The notes: generated by a model not told the origin, from the letters alone. A DNA stretch of 64,000 nt from Lama glama (GCA_028534125.1 CM052818.1:23004001-23068000); one strand, 5' to 3'. Shown: positions 40,201 through 53,640, counted from the first letter of the stretch. Made by a program: numbers and translations.

Positions 40201-41439
40201 ATACAAGACTGTAATTACACACACCAAAACACTTAAGATGATTGTTAGGGAGATAAGATTATAAGTCATTTCATCTTGTCTCTATTTTCCCAGTCTGAGA
40301 TGTAATATTACTTTCTACAAAAACAAAACTTTGTTAAAGAAAAAAATTTTAAGAGTCTTTAATAGCTTCTGATTTCCGTTCCTCCACTGTGTAGCTCTTC
40401 CAATTCATCTAAGTCTTTCCCATACCAAGTAAAGAGCACCACCAAGTCGATCAGGCTAAAAAACTAGGCCTGGATAATCACGGGATCATGATTCATTCCC
40501 TTTCTTCATCCCTTACATCCATCCATCGGCACATCAACAGGCTCTCCAAAATATATTCCAAATGCTACCACTTCTTTCACCTCTACTACTCAAACCCCAG
40601 CTGTCATCTTTTACTAGTACTCCTGCAAGAACCTCCTAACTATGATCTGAGCTGGTGAGAATTTGAGGGGAAAGGGACTTAAGGTAGTAAGCTTTGGCAA
40701 CAGAAGAGGATACTATAGAAAACTAACATACACTCAGTCCAAAATTTAAGTTTTATTGTTCTTGTTCTCATTTTGGCAAGGATATTCTCAAGTCTTAAAA
40801 CAGTTCTTTTAAAAGAAATCTTTCAGCTTTCATTTAACAAATCTTGCTGCTTCTTTCCTGCATTTCTAAATTTAAAATCAAACTATAAATACCTATTCTG
40901 GTTGTAAAACACACCACTGGAAAAAAAAAATGAAGCCCAATTTTGACTTCTTAATGTGTCTTGTGATGTTGGTGACCAAGAAAATGGATTAACTGTTCTC
41001 TTATAGCTCTATATTTTGACTAAATAAAATTTGGTGGCTGAATTTTCCATAAAACACTCATTCTCCAATATTCAACATAAAAAATAGTAGCAAATGAAAG
41101 TAGTGTTGTATTGTGGAAAGCATACTGGATTTCTGAAGGTGTAGTATTTGGGCTTTAGTTCTTACTTCATCACACTAAATGTATGATCTCAAACTAGCCG
41201 TCTTAAATATTAAAGCTTCCTCAATGATAGAATATGGATATTAATGCTGCTCTAACTCCTAAAATTGTTACTGAATCAAGGGAGGGCATGTTCCTGAAAG
41301 TAATTTTAAAAAGTAAACTCAAAAATATGAATATAAAATGTTAACAACAATCATTGAAATACATCATTTTCTGTCAGTCTACAAAGTTTTAAAGTTAAAT
41401 TTACCTCCTCTAAATTATTTTTAAAATACAAAAAAATTT

Positions 41440-43335
41440 AACTGAAGTCTTTACTATACAGCTATAGTAATCAAGACAGTGTGTTATTTGCTTAATGATA
41501 AACATAGCAATTTATGGAACAGAATACAGAGTCCAGAAATAGACTGACACATATTTGGTCTATTGATTTTCAACAAAGGTGCCAAGGCAATTCAACAGAA
41601 AAGGACTAATCTTTTCAACAAATGTTGCTGGAACAAAGGGGTATAAATGTGCAAATAAAGGAAACTTGATTCTTACCAAATGTAAAAATTAACTCTAAAA
41701 GGATCACAGACTTAAAAATAAAAGCAAAAATACAAACTTCTAGAATAATAGGAGAGAAACTGACATAATAAGATATATATGTTTGGTTTCTGCCCCCACT
41801 TCCTGGCAAAAAAATTCCTAAAACTCTTGCAATTTTCTGAGTAACAGGGGTGAGAAGCATTCCTTTTAATAATACCTGAGTCTATGCTAATGAGGTGACT
41901 TTTGGAGGAAGGTGGCTGGTTGCCAAAGAATCAACCACATGATTGGAAGGTCAGAACTTTCAGCCCCATCCCTTGACCTCTGGGGAGGCGGAAAACTGGA
42001 GACTGAGCTCAATCACCATCAGTCAATAATTTGATCAATTATGCCTATATAATGAGCCTCCATAAGAACCCTAAATGATGGGGCTCAGAGAGCTTCCAAG
42101 TTGATAAACACATCAAGATGCTGGGAAGAGAACATGGCCAGAGAGATCATGGAAGCTCCACACCCCTTCCTAAGTACCTTGTCCAATGCATCTCTTCCAT
42201 TTGAGTATTTCTGAGCTGTATCCTTTATAGTAAGCCAGTAATAGTAAGCAAAGTGTTTTCCTGAGTTCTGTGAGCTGTTCTAGCAAATTATCAAACCCAA
42301 GGAAGGGGCAAGGGAACCCCCCATTTATAAATGGTTAGTCAGAAGCACATGAGGTCTAAACTCACAATTGGCATCTGAAGTGGGGAGGCAGTCTTGAGGG
42401 ACAAAACCCTCAGACAGTAGGATCTGCTCTAACACCAGGTCATTAGTGTCATAATTACCTGATGTGGAAAACCCACACATTTGGTGACAGAAGTGTAGTG
42501 AGTAGAGAAGAGTTTTCTTTTAGAATCTTTGTGAACTTGGGTTAGGCAAAAAAATTCTTAAATGGGACAAAAATGTACTATAAGAGAAAAAATAAATTGA
42601 ACTTCATGCTAATAAACTGACAAAGTGAGTTTCATCAAAATAAAAAACTTGCACTTTTCGAAATACACTGTTAAGTAAATGAAAAGTTAAGTTGTAAATC
42701 GGAAGAAAATATTTGCAAAACACATAACTGACAAAGGACTTATATCCATAGTATACAAAGAACTCTCAAAACTTATTAGTAATAAAACAAACAATCCACT
42801 TTTTAAAAAACAAGCACCAGATAGGTAAATCCAGAGTTAGAAAGTAGATTAGTGGTTGCAAGGCTGTGGGAGACATGTATTCCAATGTTCACAGCAGCTG
42901 TATTCATAATATCCAAAAATTGGTAGTAACTGAAATGTCCATCATCTGGTGAATGGATAAACTACTTGTGGTAATATGCACACAATAAAATGTTATACAA
43001 AGGGACAAATTACTGAAACACACAACATGGATGAATCTCAAGCGTTAAACCAAGTGAAAAGCACAAAAGACCACAGACTGTAAGATTCTAATGGCATGAA
43101 ATCCCAGAAAAGACAAAATATAGGGATAGAAAGCAGACAGTGGTTGCCAGTAACTGGGCGTACAGGGAAGGGACTGAGTGCAAGGAAGTTCAAGGGAACA
43201 TTTCAAGGTAACAGAAATTTCTGTATCTTAACTGTGGTAGTGGATACACAACTATATAAATTTTTCAAGATCCATTCTTCACATAAATTGGCATATTTTA
43301 CCACAGGTAAAGCATAGCTCAGTAAAGCCAATTTA
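41440..43335 (+). mobile_element. L1M (L1MB/MC-type) ORF2 end and 3' UTR, interrupted by MER21-like LTR
   Basis: tactatacagctatagtaatcaagacagtgtg...agtccagaaatagac...tgattttcaacaaaggtgccaagg are ORF2 motifs. 3' UTR motifs continue to about 43330. Confidence 0.85.
41760..42522 (+). mobile_element. MER21-like LTR nested in L1
   Basis: tatgctaatgaggtgac, ttcctgagttctgtgagctgttctagcaaatta and aaacccacacatttggtgacagaagt motifs. Confidence 0.8.
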
Positions 43336-46300
43336 AAAAATTTGAAATCTCTAAACTACTCTGTAGTGCCGCTCTTCTTCACCAAAATCAAGATACGATA
43401 AAGAGGTGTTTGGTGATGTTTTAAAACAAATTATTGTGAGAATTTGTTATCAATAATGCATTTTACTTAATAACAGAAATGCCAAATTCCCAAAGGGATA
43501 GAATACACTCAATTTTAAAGAAGTCCAGTGAAGTCTGGGAAAACAGCAGATTGGCTCATCTGGGTTACACAAAGTATCAGTGATGAAAGGTAGAAATAGA
43601 TTAACAGGCAGGGAAAGAAAACAATTCTTAAAACCGTGCACTAAAGACACTTTTTCATACAACTCGTAGGAATGTATCTTTATCTTACCTGTTGGTTTTC
43701 AAATTCCCTAATTTTCCCTAGGGTACCTGGCAAGTCTGTCAGTATCCTATATATGTAATATATAGTATAATTATGGCACAAGAAGAAACAAGATAGCAAG
43801 AAATGAGACAAGAAAAGGGACACTAAGAGGCTCCATATGAGATTCCCAAAATGGCATGAGGCTGGAAAGGTAAACTGGAGCCAGGCGGCAGGGAATCTTG
43901 GATACCAAGCGAAGAGTTTATCTCACAGAAACTGAAAATCAGTTTTTAAGCTGAGGAGTGACAATACAAATGTATTGAAAGAATAACCCGGTCGCCGTAT
44001 GCAGGTAAAATGAGTGTGGAAAAGATCAAATGCTATGACATTAATTTCTAGACATGAAAACAACTGCCTAAAGTGGGTCAGAACATTTAAAACTACATCA
44101 ATGGTTTTCAAACTATTGAAACAGCATCTTTATTGCTGCTGTGCAATAGTCACACCCCCGTGAGTCCCATCCAAACCATCAACGCCATCTTATAGGTGCT
44201 GCTGCTAAACAACTGCTCAGAGACAGCAAGATCTCAAACTGCTTTAAGTACCGAAGCAGGTATTAAAGTCCGGAAAGAGAGAGAGCCAGAAGGTAAAAGA
44301 AGCGATCTCATCCTGGTCATACAACCCACTGTTTGCCTCTGCCAGCACTACCACCCACGAACAGCTGTCTGGGGCTCCACAGCGTCCTGGGAATTCTCCT
44401 TAGTAACTCAATAGGGGTCCTGAATCCAGGTTGGTAAACAGTGATCTCCAGTTATCAATCTGGGGCAGGGAGAGGGGGAAAGATGTTATAGAAATACAAT
44501 CAAATTCTTCCACAAGAAAATAGTAAAACTGAAGGGAATACATATCCAAACATATAAAACTACTATAGTAAACAATAAAACCTTAAATATGAAACAGAAA
44601 GACAAATTAAGAATCTGAGAATGGACATCTAAGAAGGATATATACTATTCCAAAACCCTATTATGTAAGATACAGTGACTAAGATGTACAACAAAGTAGC
44701 CTTAGCACAGTTGTCAATGTTTTACCTATCTGTTTTTGCATCCCAAAGATTACTTTTCTCTAAGTTTATCTGACACAACTGACATTCACAAGGCTGTATC
44801 ACCATCCATTCTATGAAAAAAGGATGCATGTTTATAATTAACGATGCAGACATTGATGTTTATACAGGAGTCACTGACATCGTAAGAGTGAACAGTTTAA
44901 TGAAAACTGTTTATTGTCTATCTCGCCTCATTGTAAGCTTCAGTAGAGCAGGGATTTTTGTTTCTTTTGTTCACTGATATATTCCCAGTATGGAAACAAT
45001 TCCTGTTGTGCAGCACTTGCTGAATAAGTATCTGCTGAATTATTAGATTTTCATTCTGGGAGCAATAGTTCATTTCAGTCACAGATATATAATCATCATT
45101 CTCATACGAAGGGTTGTAAGTTTTATTCAATCTGCTTAAAAGTTACCCTTAAGAGTATTTTTTAGCTGAAATTAATGTTTTTGTCATTTAGATTACTAAT
45201 TTATGTAAAGCGTCTGACATAGTTTCTGAGATCACAGCTAACCAAATGTTAGTGCCTTTGCCTTGCTACCCCCTTTCAAAAAGTTATCAACGTGAACCTA
45301 ATTTCTTGAAATGTAGTCCATAAACTACTGCATCAACAATTATTTCCTAAAAGCAAGAATATCAAAAATCACAGACTTAACCACAGGACTCAAATTCTAA
45401 CAAACACATAGAAAAAGCAAATATCTTAGAAAAGTATCACTTATATCAGGTAACAGAGAGAAGACAGAAGTTATTGAATTCATTGACTTAAATTAGGATG
45501 ACAGCAGGAGGGCACAACTGACAATGGTCCCTGTATAGGTTGAAAAGTGCAACCAAAGTGAGCTCTGTTGGTAGTTTATCATTTAACCAGGTGTATGGGA
45601 CTTTTTAAAATAATGTACATGTCTTTCCTTTAAGCCTATTTCAAGATCTGGGAGAGCTATGGTGGGTGACCTGACCTCTATTTTTCTGCTTATACTCTAA
45701 ACAAAGACGTGCATTTGAAAAAACAAACAAACAAACAAACATAAAAGACTGGATGGTGGAGGTTTAAGACAGCTCTCCTTTGTTTCCAAAGCTTCCTATA
45801 CTTTACCATCACAACTCATTACTCTGGATTTTAAAAGCCAACATCATAAGCTCCATAAGGACTTTGTTTATAGCTGGAAGAGTGCTGAGCACATACCAAG
45901 CATTCAATAAATATTTCCTGAATAAATACTGCCTGAATCCCACACAGAATTATAAGCTTCATGAGAGCAGGGATTTCGAGTGTCTCATTCACCAATTTCC
46001 CACTGCATTTAGCAGAGTGTGACACAAAGAAGCGAATCAAAACTTATTTACCCAATGAGTGTGTTCATGACCAGGAAACATAAAAAAAATAAGTGGCCTA
46101 TATGAGACTCAAACCAATAACCTTAGCCCCATTTGCAGCATTCACTAATGAATCAAGATACGGAGTTTCACAGTATGCAAGTTTCAGTGTGCATATAATT
46201 ATTAAATATCAGTCACAAGCATTCACAAATAAAAATTTCAAGAAAATAAGTCAAATACTGATTAATTCCCTAGTCAATTCTCTTTATTCTAAACTCTGTT

Positions 46301-47259
46301 CCATAATACCCTCTCTCAAATGATCCACAATAATAGATCCTAAAAATCGAGAGAGTGTTGTTTGTGCCAAAAACATATCCACATTAACTATAATTGGAGA
46401 GGAATAAAGAAATAAGATGAATGCCAAGAGGCAAAAGCTATGCCCCAACTAAACTGAAAACAGGATATCCTTCAAAGTTTGAAAAAAAAAAAAAAAGCCC
46501 TCCTACTCACTCAGCAACAGAAGTCAGTCAGACACTTATCTGGAACAAATGGCTCAGAGAAAAACTCAAACAAATTTTGTCATTTGCTCTGACATGTCAC
46601 TTAAAGATCAGCATAAGCAGTTGTTCAAGACCAACGTGCAAGAGTGAAAAATGGTTTAAGGAAAAACGTCAGATATCAAAACTAAATAGTTTTGTTTTAA
46701 AACAGGAAGTCATCTCAACTTTAGGAAGTCATCAACTTTGGAAAGTCAGAGAAAATACATTCTTTGGAAAAAAATGTTTAAAGAAAAAAGAGGTGGCATT
46801 CTTATTATGGACTATGACAAATATAATACAGCATAGTTTGACTGTCTGATATACTAACACCTCACTGATCCAGAGGTTTATCCTGAAAGACAAAAAAACA
46901 AAAGATACTCTTAACAAAAGAAAATACATGGCCTATAATTTAAAACATACACATAGCATCAAGTTTGTGAACTAAAAGCTCAAGTATTTTATTAAGGGTC
47001 TCATTCACAAATCTATTACTTTACTTTGAGGGGCATCTGGTATTATGTTATTCACGTATCACCAACATTAGCATTATTTACTGGGTATGAGTCTGTCCAC
47101 TATACAACTTAAATAGGTATAGGCCTTGACCTTTTTTGAGGTTCAAAACAATCCTTATATAAGTCAAGCCAGCTTTGTTATCTGGTTTCCTAGCCCAAAG
47201 AGGCTTTTAAAATTGGAAATCAAAAGAAAGGCTATACTAGAAACAATAACCAATCTAGT

Positions 47260-49440
47260 AACAACGAGCCTATAGTACTATTTCGAGCCAAAAGGTATCA
47301 CGACTTCTTAGAGAAATAGCTGATTGCAAAACTGAAATGGGAAGTGTAAAAGAAATATTTGAACATCTTGTCACATCAGAAAGTAAGCAGAGAGCACTAG
47401 GATCAGGACTCAGGAAGCAAACTGAAGATGCTCCCACAGGTCAAAGATGGGAAAATCGAAGCCTCAAAAAGAAGAGTAATGGTAGCAGATGGAAATACGT
47501 TAAATAAATAAAAATCTGTAAGTTTCAATTTAAAGGATAAACAGAAGACAAAGAAACAAATTTTAAATAATCAAAGAATACAGTCAGTATTTGTGTTAAA
47601 CTCTACAGGACAAGTCTAGTTTCTTTAACAAATTGCAAAGGAAAAAAGAAAAGGGAGGGGAAATACACAGATTAAAAGACTTAAAAGACATAGCAATCAA
47701 ATGCAAAGTATGAATCTTGTTTAAACCCCGATTTAAACAAACCACTGTAAAATGACACTTATGGGACAAGGATATCTCACTGGATATTTGATATTAAGAA
47801 ATTGCCATCAAATTTTAAGTTTAATAATAAGAGTCCTTATCTTACAAGAGCTATAACTCAAATATTATGGGTGAGATTTTCTTAAATAAAATAAATAAAA
47901 AGAGAGAAACGGGTAAAGCACACTGACACTAAGTGACAAATAACAGCAGGGAAGACAATTATAACTATTAGAGTCATTAAGTGTATGGAGCAAACAGCCC
48001 TACAAAAATAGCAGGCACCACTGTTTTATGGCACAGAACTATGTATGTCTAATGCTCATATTAACCACCATCAGTCACCAAGAATAAGTTAAGAATATGA
48101 AAACGAATGTGTATGTTTGACTGAACTATTATGCTGTATACCAGAAACTGACACAACACTATAAACTAACTATACTTCAACTAAAAAAAAAATTAAACTA
48201 CGTTCTATATACATTGCTTAAGCAGACCAGATGTCCAAATAATAGAATACGATGCATGTATACTTGCTGAGAGGAAAGATGATCACAATATTTTACTGGG
48301 AAAGAAACCATGGTTGATTCTGCTGCTTAAATATATTTTATTTTACCCAACCCTCCAACACACACACCACCTAACAGTACCTTGCTCTAAGGTAATTGCT
48401 GACTGTTTAAATATAGAAAAAGAATAGTAACAAACATAATATTGAATGACTTCCCTTTGATAGCAATTACTTTCACGTTAATTTACATTAATGGTCTAGT
48501 CTATGTGTTTAACATAATTTTTAAGTGTAAGATAAAATATTATGAAGTTATGAAACTCCAAGAACCATAAAGAGTGTTCACTAGCTTAAAATGACTTAAT
48601 TCAAAATCTCACCTGAACCCTACTTAAAATATATATGCAAGTTATTACGGGCGGAAACTGTTCACCTGAATCACCTCATTCTGATGTCAAAAGAACATGT
48701 CAAAAGAATGCAGAAACCAGCATGAATGGGCACTCAAAACGGGGGCCAACTTGAACATCAAAATAAATAATAATGAATTATAATCCATTGGGAAAAAATA
48801 GGATACCAGAGTCCATACAGCTACAAACTAATACACTGAGATCTCACGGGGAACAGAATATTTACAAAGTTTCAAGGTACCTCCTACAAAATACTTACTA
48901 ATTATAAAGTTAAAAAAAGTAATTTTTACAGTAGAGAGGCCTGGCAGACACCACCTTAATCAAATGGTCAAAATAAACATTATCGGTCAAGTTAAAATTG
49001 TGTGCCACCTGACAGGATGCAATGAGACAAAACACAGCCTTCACCTCTGTGGCATTTGTGCCAAAGATACATAACTTGAATCTAGTTAAGAGAAAACATC
49101 AGATTTGGACATCCTACAAAACAACTTGCCTGTAATCTTGCAAAGCATCAAGGCCATGAAACCCAAGACAAAGACTAAGGATCTGTTCTAGACTGAAGGA
49201 GGCTAAAGAGCCATGACAACTAAATACATTGGATTCTGAACTGGATCTTTTTGCTGTGAAAGACATTACTAAAACAATGAGTGGAACTTGAATAGGTCTG
49301 AGGGTCAGATAGCAGTAATGCATCAATATTAATTTTCTGATTCTCTTTGTTGTAGTAGTACGGTTATATAGGAGAATGTCCTTGTTTATAGGATATACAC
49401 ACTAAAATGTTAGCAGGCATCAGTTCAACAACTTATTTCT
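47260..49440 (+). mobile_element. L1MC-type 3' UTR fragments (two blocks, ~47260-47870 and ~48700-49440) plus a young L1 tail at ~48080-48195
   Basis: cctggcagacaccaccttaatcaa, gactgaaggaggctaaagagccatgacaactaaat and acaacactataaactaactatacttcaa motifs. Confidence 0.7.
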
Positions 49441-49875
49441 CAGATTGCTGTGAGCACAAAAGAAGACACCCCCATCATCTCCTGGGCGAGATAAAGGCTG
49501 CAAACATAGGACAAGAGAGATTAGGCAATAAAGTAAACATCTGAAACAAGCTAGGTGAAAGGCAGGGACTGAGGCTATTTACCTGACACACCACTCAGTG
49601 AGGTTATAGATCATCTGGAATTCAAGTCCACAGTGGAAAGATCACTCTATTTTTCAAGAGAAATCAAAGATGCAGATTTTTATGTGAAATTTCCCAATTT
49701 TTAACACACTCAAAAGGGCCAAATAAAACATGTCTGTCGACTAAATCTGAACCACAGCTGCCTCTGGCCCAGAGGTATGTTTCTCTATCTAGGGATAAAA
49801 GGAAACCACATGATATACATAGAACATATTCTTGGAGCTGCAGTTTTTTTTTTTAAATGTGTTTCTTCCTCCTTT

Positions 49876-49984
49876 TTTTTTTTTTTCAATGATACGGAGG
49901 TAACTGGATTTATTTATTTATATTTGGAGGAGGTACTGGGGATTGAGCTCAGGATCTCCTCCACTTGAGCTATCCCCTCCCCGC
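49876..49984 (-). mobile_element. Vic-1-type SINE (internally deleted)
   Basis: ggaggtactggggattgagctcagga...tgagctatcccctcccc with a T-rich tail on the left. Confidence 0.75.
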
Positions 49985-50124
49985 TAGGAGCCACAGTCTT
50001 ATCCCAAAAGTTTGCCTAGAATTTTCTGGGAGAGGAGATATTTCTTTATTTTCAAATACTATGGAGTTTAAAACAAAGTTCACTAAGATTTTTAAAAAAA
50101 CTTTTCATTTAAAAATAATTTCAA

Positions 50125-50278
50125 GGGGGAGGGTATAGCTCAGTGGTAGAGTGCATGCTTAGCATGCACGAAGTCCTGGGTTCAATCCCCAGTGCCCTCA
50201 TTAAAAATAAATAAATCAAATTACCCCTCCCCGCCAAACCCCACAAAAAACAAATAAATAAACCTCAACTTAAAAAAA
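50125..50278 (+). mobile_element. Vic-1-type SINE
   Basis: GGGGGAGGGTATAGCTCAGTGGTAGAGTGCATGCTTAGCATGCACGAAGTCCTGGGTTCAATCCCCAG with intact A and B boxes and an AT-rich tail. Confidence 0.9.
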
Positions 50279-50288
50279 TTGTATTTCA

Positions 50289-50440
50289 GGGGAGGGTACA
50301 TAGCTCAGTAGCAGAATGTGTGCTTAGCATGCACAAGATCCTGAGTGCAATCCCCAGTACCTCAATAAATAAATAAAAATAAATAAACTTAATTACCTCC
50401 CCCAATAAAAAAATTTTTTAAGTATAAAGAGATTTTAAAA
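50289..50440 (+). mobile_element. Vic-1-type SINE (second tandem copy)
   Basis: Same tRNA-like head but more diverged, followed by an aataaataa tail. Confidence 0.85.
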
Positions 50441-50443
50441 TAG

Positions 50444-51390
50444 TAATTTCAAGCTTACAGAGGAGCTGTAAGACCAAGAATAGTACCAAAAAAACCACGT
50501 GCACAACTTTCACCAAATTCATCTATTGTTAACATTTTACTCATTTGCATTATTTGCACATGAGAATCCTTCCAGCCTCCCTCCTCCTCTCTATACATAC
50601 ACACATATACACACGGTTATGTATATACACATATATGTGTATATATGTTAAACACACACACATATATATATAACATAATTTTTCCTGAACCATTTGAGAG
50701 TAAGTTACATATTATGGCACTTTATTCCTAAAAACTTCAGTGTATATTTCCTAAGAATAAAAATATTATCTTACATAACTATCCTAAGGTTATCAATTGT
50801 AGTAAATATAACATTGATTGCATGCTTTTATCTAACCTACCATCCATATTCCAATTTTGGCAAATGATTCAATAATATCATTTATAGCATTTTCCCCTCT
50901 GAAACAAGATCCATTCTAGGATCAAGTACTACAAGTAGTTGCCATGTCTCTTTAGTCTCCTTCATTTACACAGCCTTTGTCTTTGTAACATTAACATTAA
51001 AAAAAAAAAAAGGGTACACTCTCCCCACCCTTAAAAAAAAAAAATAGGATGTTCCCCATTTGGAGTCCAGTGTTTCTTCATGATTAGATTCAGGTTATGC
51101 ATTCCTAGCTGGAGAACTACGTAAGTGATGTGTTCTTTGCAGGGCATCACATTCAGGGGCAGACAATGCCCACTCGTGCTATTTATTTTGATCATGTACT
51201 CAAGGTGCTGTCTGATTTCATCACTGTATAGAGTTACTACTTTTTTCCCCTTGCAACTAAGAAGCAATATATGGGGAGATATTTAAGACCATGCAAACAT
51301 CCTGCTCCTCATCAAAATATCCCCCTAGACTTAGCATCTATCAGTGATTCCTGTCTGGATCAATCTTTATTATAATGGTTGAAAAATAAT
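50444..51390 (-). mobile_element. L1MC-type 3' UTR
   Basis: tttcaagcttacaga...tgaaccatttgagagtaagtt...tttcttcatgattagattcaggttatgcatt. Confidence 0.75.
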
Positions 51391-51934
51391 TGTATGAATT
51401 TTTTGGTTAGGTCGACTCAATTTCTGGCTACACTCCCAGATCCCTTATGTGTAAGCACTTGGTCTCCACTTTAGGAGCACTACAGTGCAACGGTTTGAGT
51501 GCAAGACTAGAATAATCAGATGCAGCTTCCAGAAAAAACAAGTGTACTTGAGCCATGTCTTAAAGACTAGACAGATTTTAAAAAGCTAATGAGTAGAGAA
51601 CCAGTCAAGACAGAGACAACCTCATTAAGAAAGCCGGGGAAAAACCACATGGTGAATCCTTCTGCAAAGTAAATAATACACCCCAGGACTATTAGTTTTA
51701 GAAAACCACATTTCTTCATACTGAGTTTGCCTGAATTACATTGATTCTATAACTATAGAGTTTTGCTGCTATTGACATTAACTGTATTTTAATTACTATA
51801 TTCAGATTCTAAAAACTTTCCAAAAACAGCACAATTCACTACAACTACCTGTGATTGTTATCTGCCTTTTCATGTCTATGTCAGCCTTCCCAATTAGTCT
51901 CTTAAAGACAGGAAATAGCCACTAAATGTGTATT

Positions 51935-52575
51935 TTTCATCTGATCGTGACCCCTTATAAGAAATCAATTTTATACTGCCATCTAAGGCAAACATATAAA
52001 ACTGAAATTAAAAGTTTCTTGAAGCAATATCATATGAAGCACCAATTATTTTATAATCTTTTTTCTTCATTTCCTATTTTTAAAAATTTTTAAAAATAGT
52101 TTCTTATTGAAGTATAGTTGGTTTACAATGTTGTGTCAATGTCTAGTCTAAATCAAAATGTGTTATACATTCATATTCCTTTTCATATTCTTTTTCATTA
52201 TAGGTTATTACAAGGTTTTTGGTATATGTATTTTTATTGAAGTATGGTCAGTTTACAATATTACAAGATATTGAATATAGTTCCCTATGCTATAAATAGA
52301 ACCTTGTTGTTTATCTGGTTTTGTAAAGATTTCCCTTGTAGTTCCAATTGTACAAGATCTTATGGCAAAGTTCAGTAGGTATTCTGTGAGAATTGTTCCA
52401 TATGTAGATGTATTTTTGCTGTATTCATTGGAGAGGGTAAGCTCCATATTCTTCTACTCCACCCTCATGAAGCCCCTCTCCTCCTATTTTTAACATTTGT
52501 TTTGACCCCAAATAAACTGATTTCTAAATCCATAATAGGTCATACGTAAGACCTGCACTTGAAAAATACTACCCT
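51935..52575. mobile_element. hAT-Charlie MITE (MER119-like) interrupted by the mini-L1
   Basis: gtgacccc...aactgatttc...cttgaaaaatact-type motifs flank the L1 insertion on both sides. Confidence 0.45.
52084..52481 (-). mobile_element. Internally deleted/spliced L1 (5' UTR start joined to 3' end) with 12-bp TSD
   Basis: TSD tcctatttttaa at 52072-52083 and 52482-52493. About 52481-52317 resembles the cetartiodactyl L1 5' terminus and 52316-52084 the L1 3' terminus, in the same orientation. Confidence 0.8.
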
Positions 52576-52879
52576 AGAACCTGACACAGAGTTCTTTATC
52601 AGATTCCCAATAAAGTCTGGAAGAAAGTTTTCACTCATTTCAGGTGAAATAAGAACATAATGAATTATTCAATTTCTTTAAAGAATTCTATTCTGAGATT
52701 CTGTATGATAATTTTTTGGTCTCCAAGGTTGTTTGGTGGTTGTTGTTATTGTTGTTTTTAATGAACCAATGGTAAAAGTAAAGATTGTAAGTTGCCAATT
52801 ACATACTGGTCTCCCAATAATTTTCCCCCAAATTTTACTGAATCATGAAATCTCCACTGCCCTGCTGTGAGATTTCAAA

Positions 52880-53640
52880 GACACATGAGAGTTTCAGCCT
52901 TCAACAGGTTTATAATTTTGCCGGGAAAATAAGACATAATAATTTTAAGACTTGGAATAATTACTTCTACTTTAGGAGAAGAGATATTCTGTGGTAAGTG
53001 CCCTAAGAATGCTCCTATGCTAAAAGTTCAAGGGTGAATACTTTGAGTTGGGAATGAAAGAGAACAAATAAGGGTGCTCAGAAAGGAAACAATATTTGCG
53101 TTAAGCCTTGAAGGGTACTTCAGGAGAGAATAGTCACAAGGATGAAAAAGTGCCAACCAACTATGGGGAATAAGAAATAGGTCATTTAGGCCAGAATATG
53201 TTAAGACAGTAGAAAGAGATAATGGAGGACTTTGAGAACAAAGCTAAAGTACTTGAATTTAGTCATGAAGACAATGAAGCGATCTGGAAGAGCACGGTCA
53301 AAGCACTGCTTTAGGAAGATTAATCTGAAGCCCTCCCCTCACCCAAAATAAATTATAGACAAGTGGAGATTCTTCAGGTTATGCAATTATCCAAACACAG
53401 AAAAGTAAGTATTTCAACTGTGGTGGTAGAAAAGCAAAGTGAGGAATGGGAAAAGGTGACAAGAATTGACAAGTCATAGAAGAAATTTTAATATGGTAGG
53501 CAAAAATGGAAAGGAATCAAACATAGTTTTAAGATTTCAAGGCTGGGTGATAACAGACTGGAAAATAAGGAAAAGAAACTGATTTAGAGAAAGAGGAGCT
53601 CAGTTTCAGGTATGTTAGATTTGATGTACAAGTTGGTTTT
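52880..53640 (-). mobile_element. L2 fragment
   Basis: ctttaggaagattaatctg; aagatttcaaggctgggtga; agttggttttgaag. Confidence 0.6.

Noticed and set aside
44097..44445. YY1/CTCF-like motif CGCCATCTT at 44183
   Set aside because: It is a single motif inside what appears to be a decayed hAT-Charlie element, and the spacing is imperfect for CTCF.
46421..46849. 142-aa ORF, the longest outside the CpG island
   Set aside because: It runs through a poly(A) tract, has no domain similarity or exon structure, and is antisense within an intron.
50125..50197. Possible tRNA gene
   Set aside because: The A/B boxes belong to a SINE head. It is followed by an AT-rich tail and TSD, lacks a proper acceptor stem, and has four related copies in the window.
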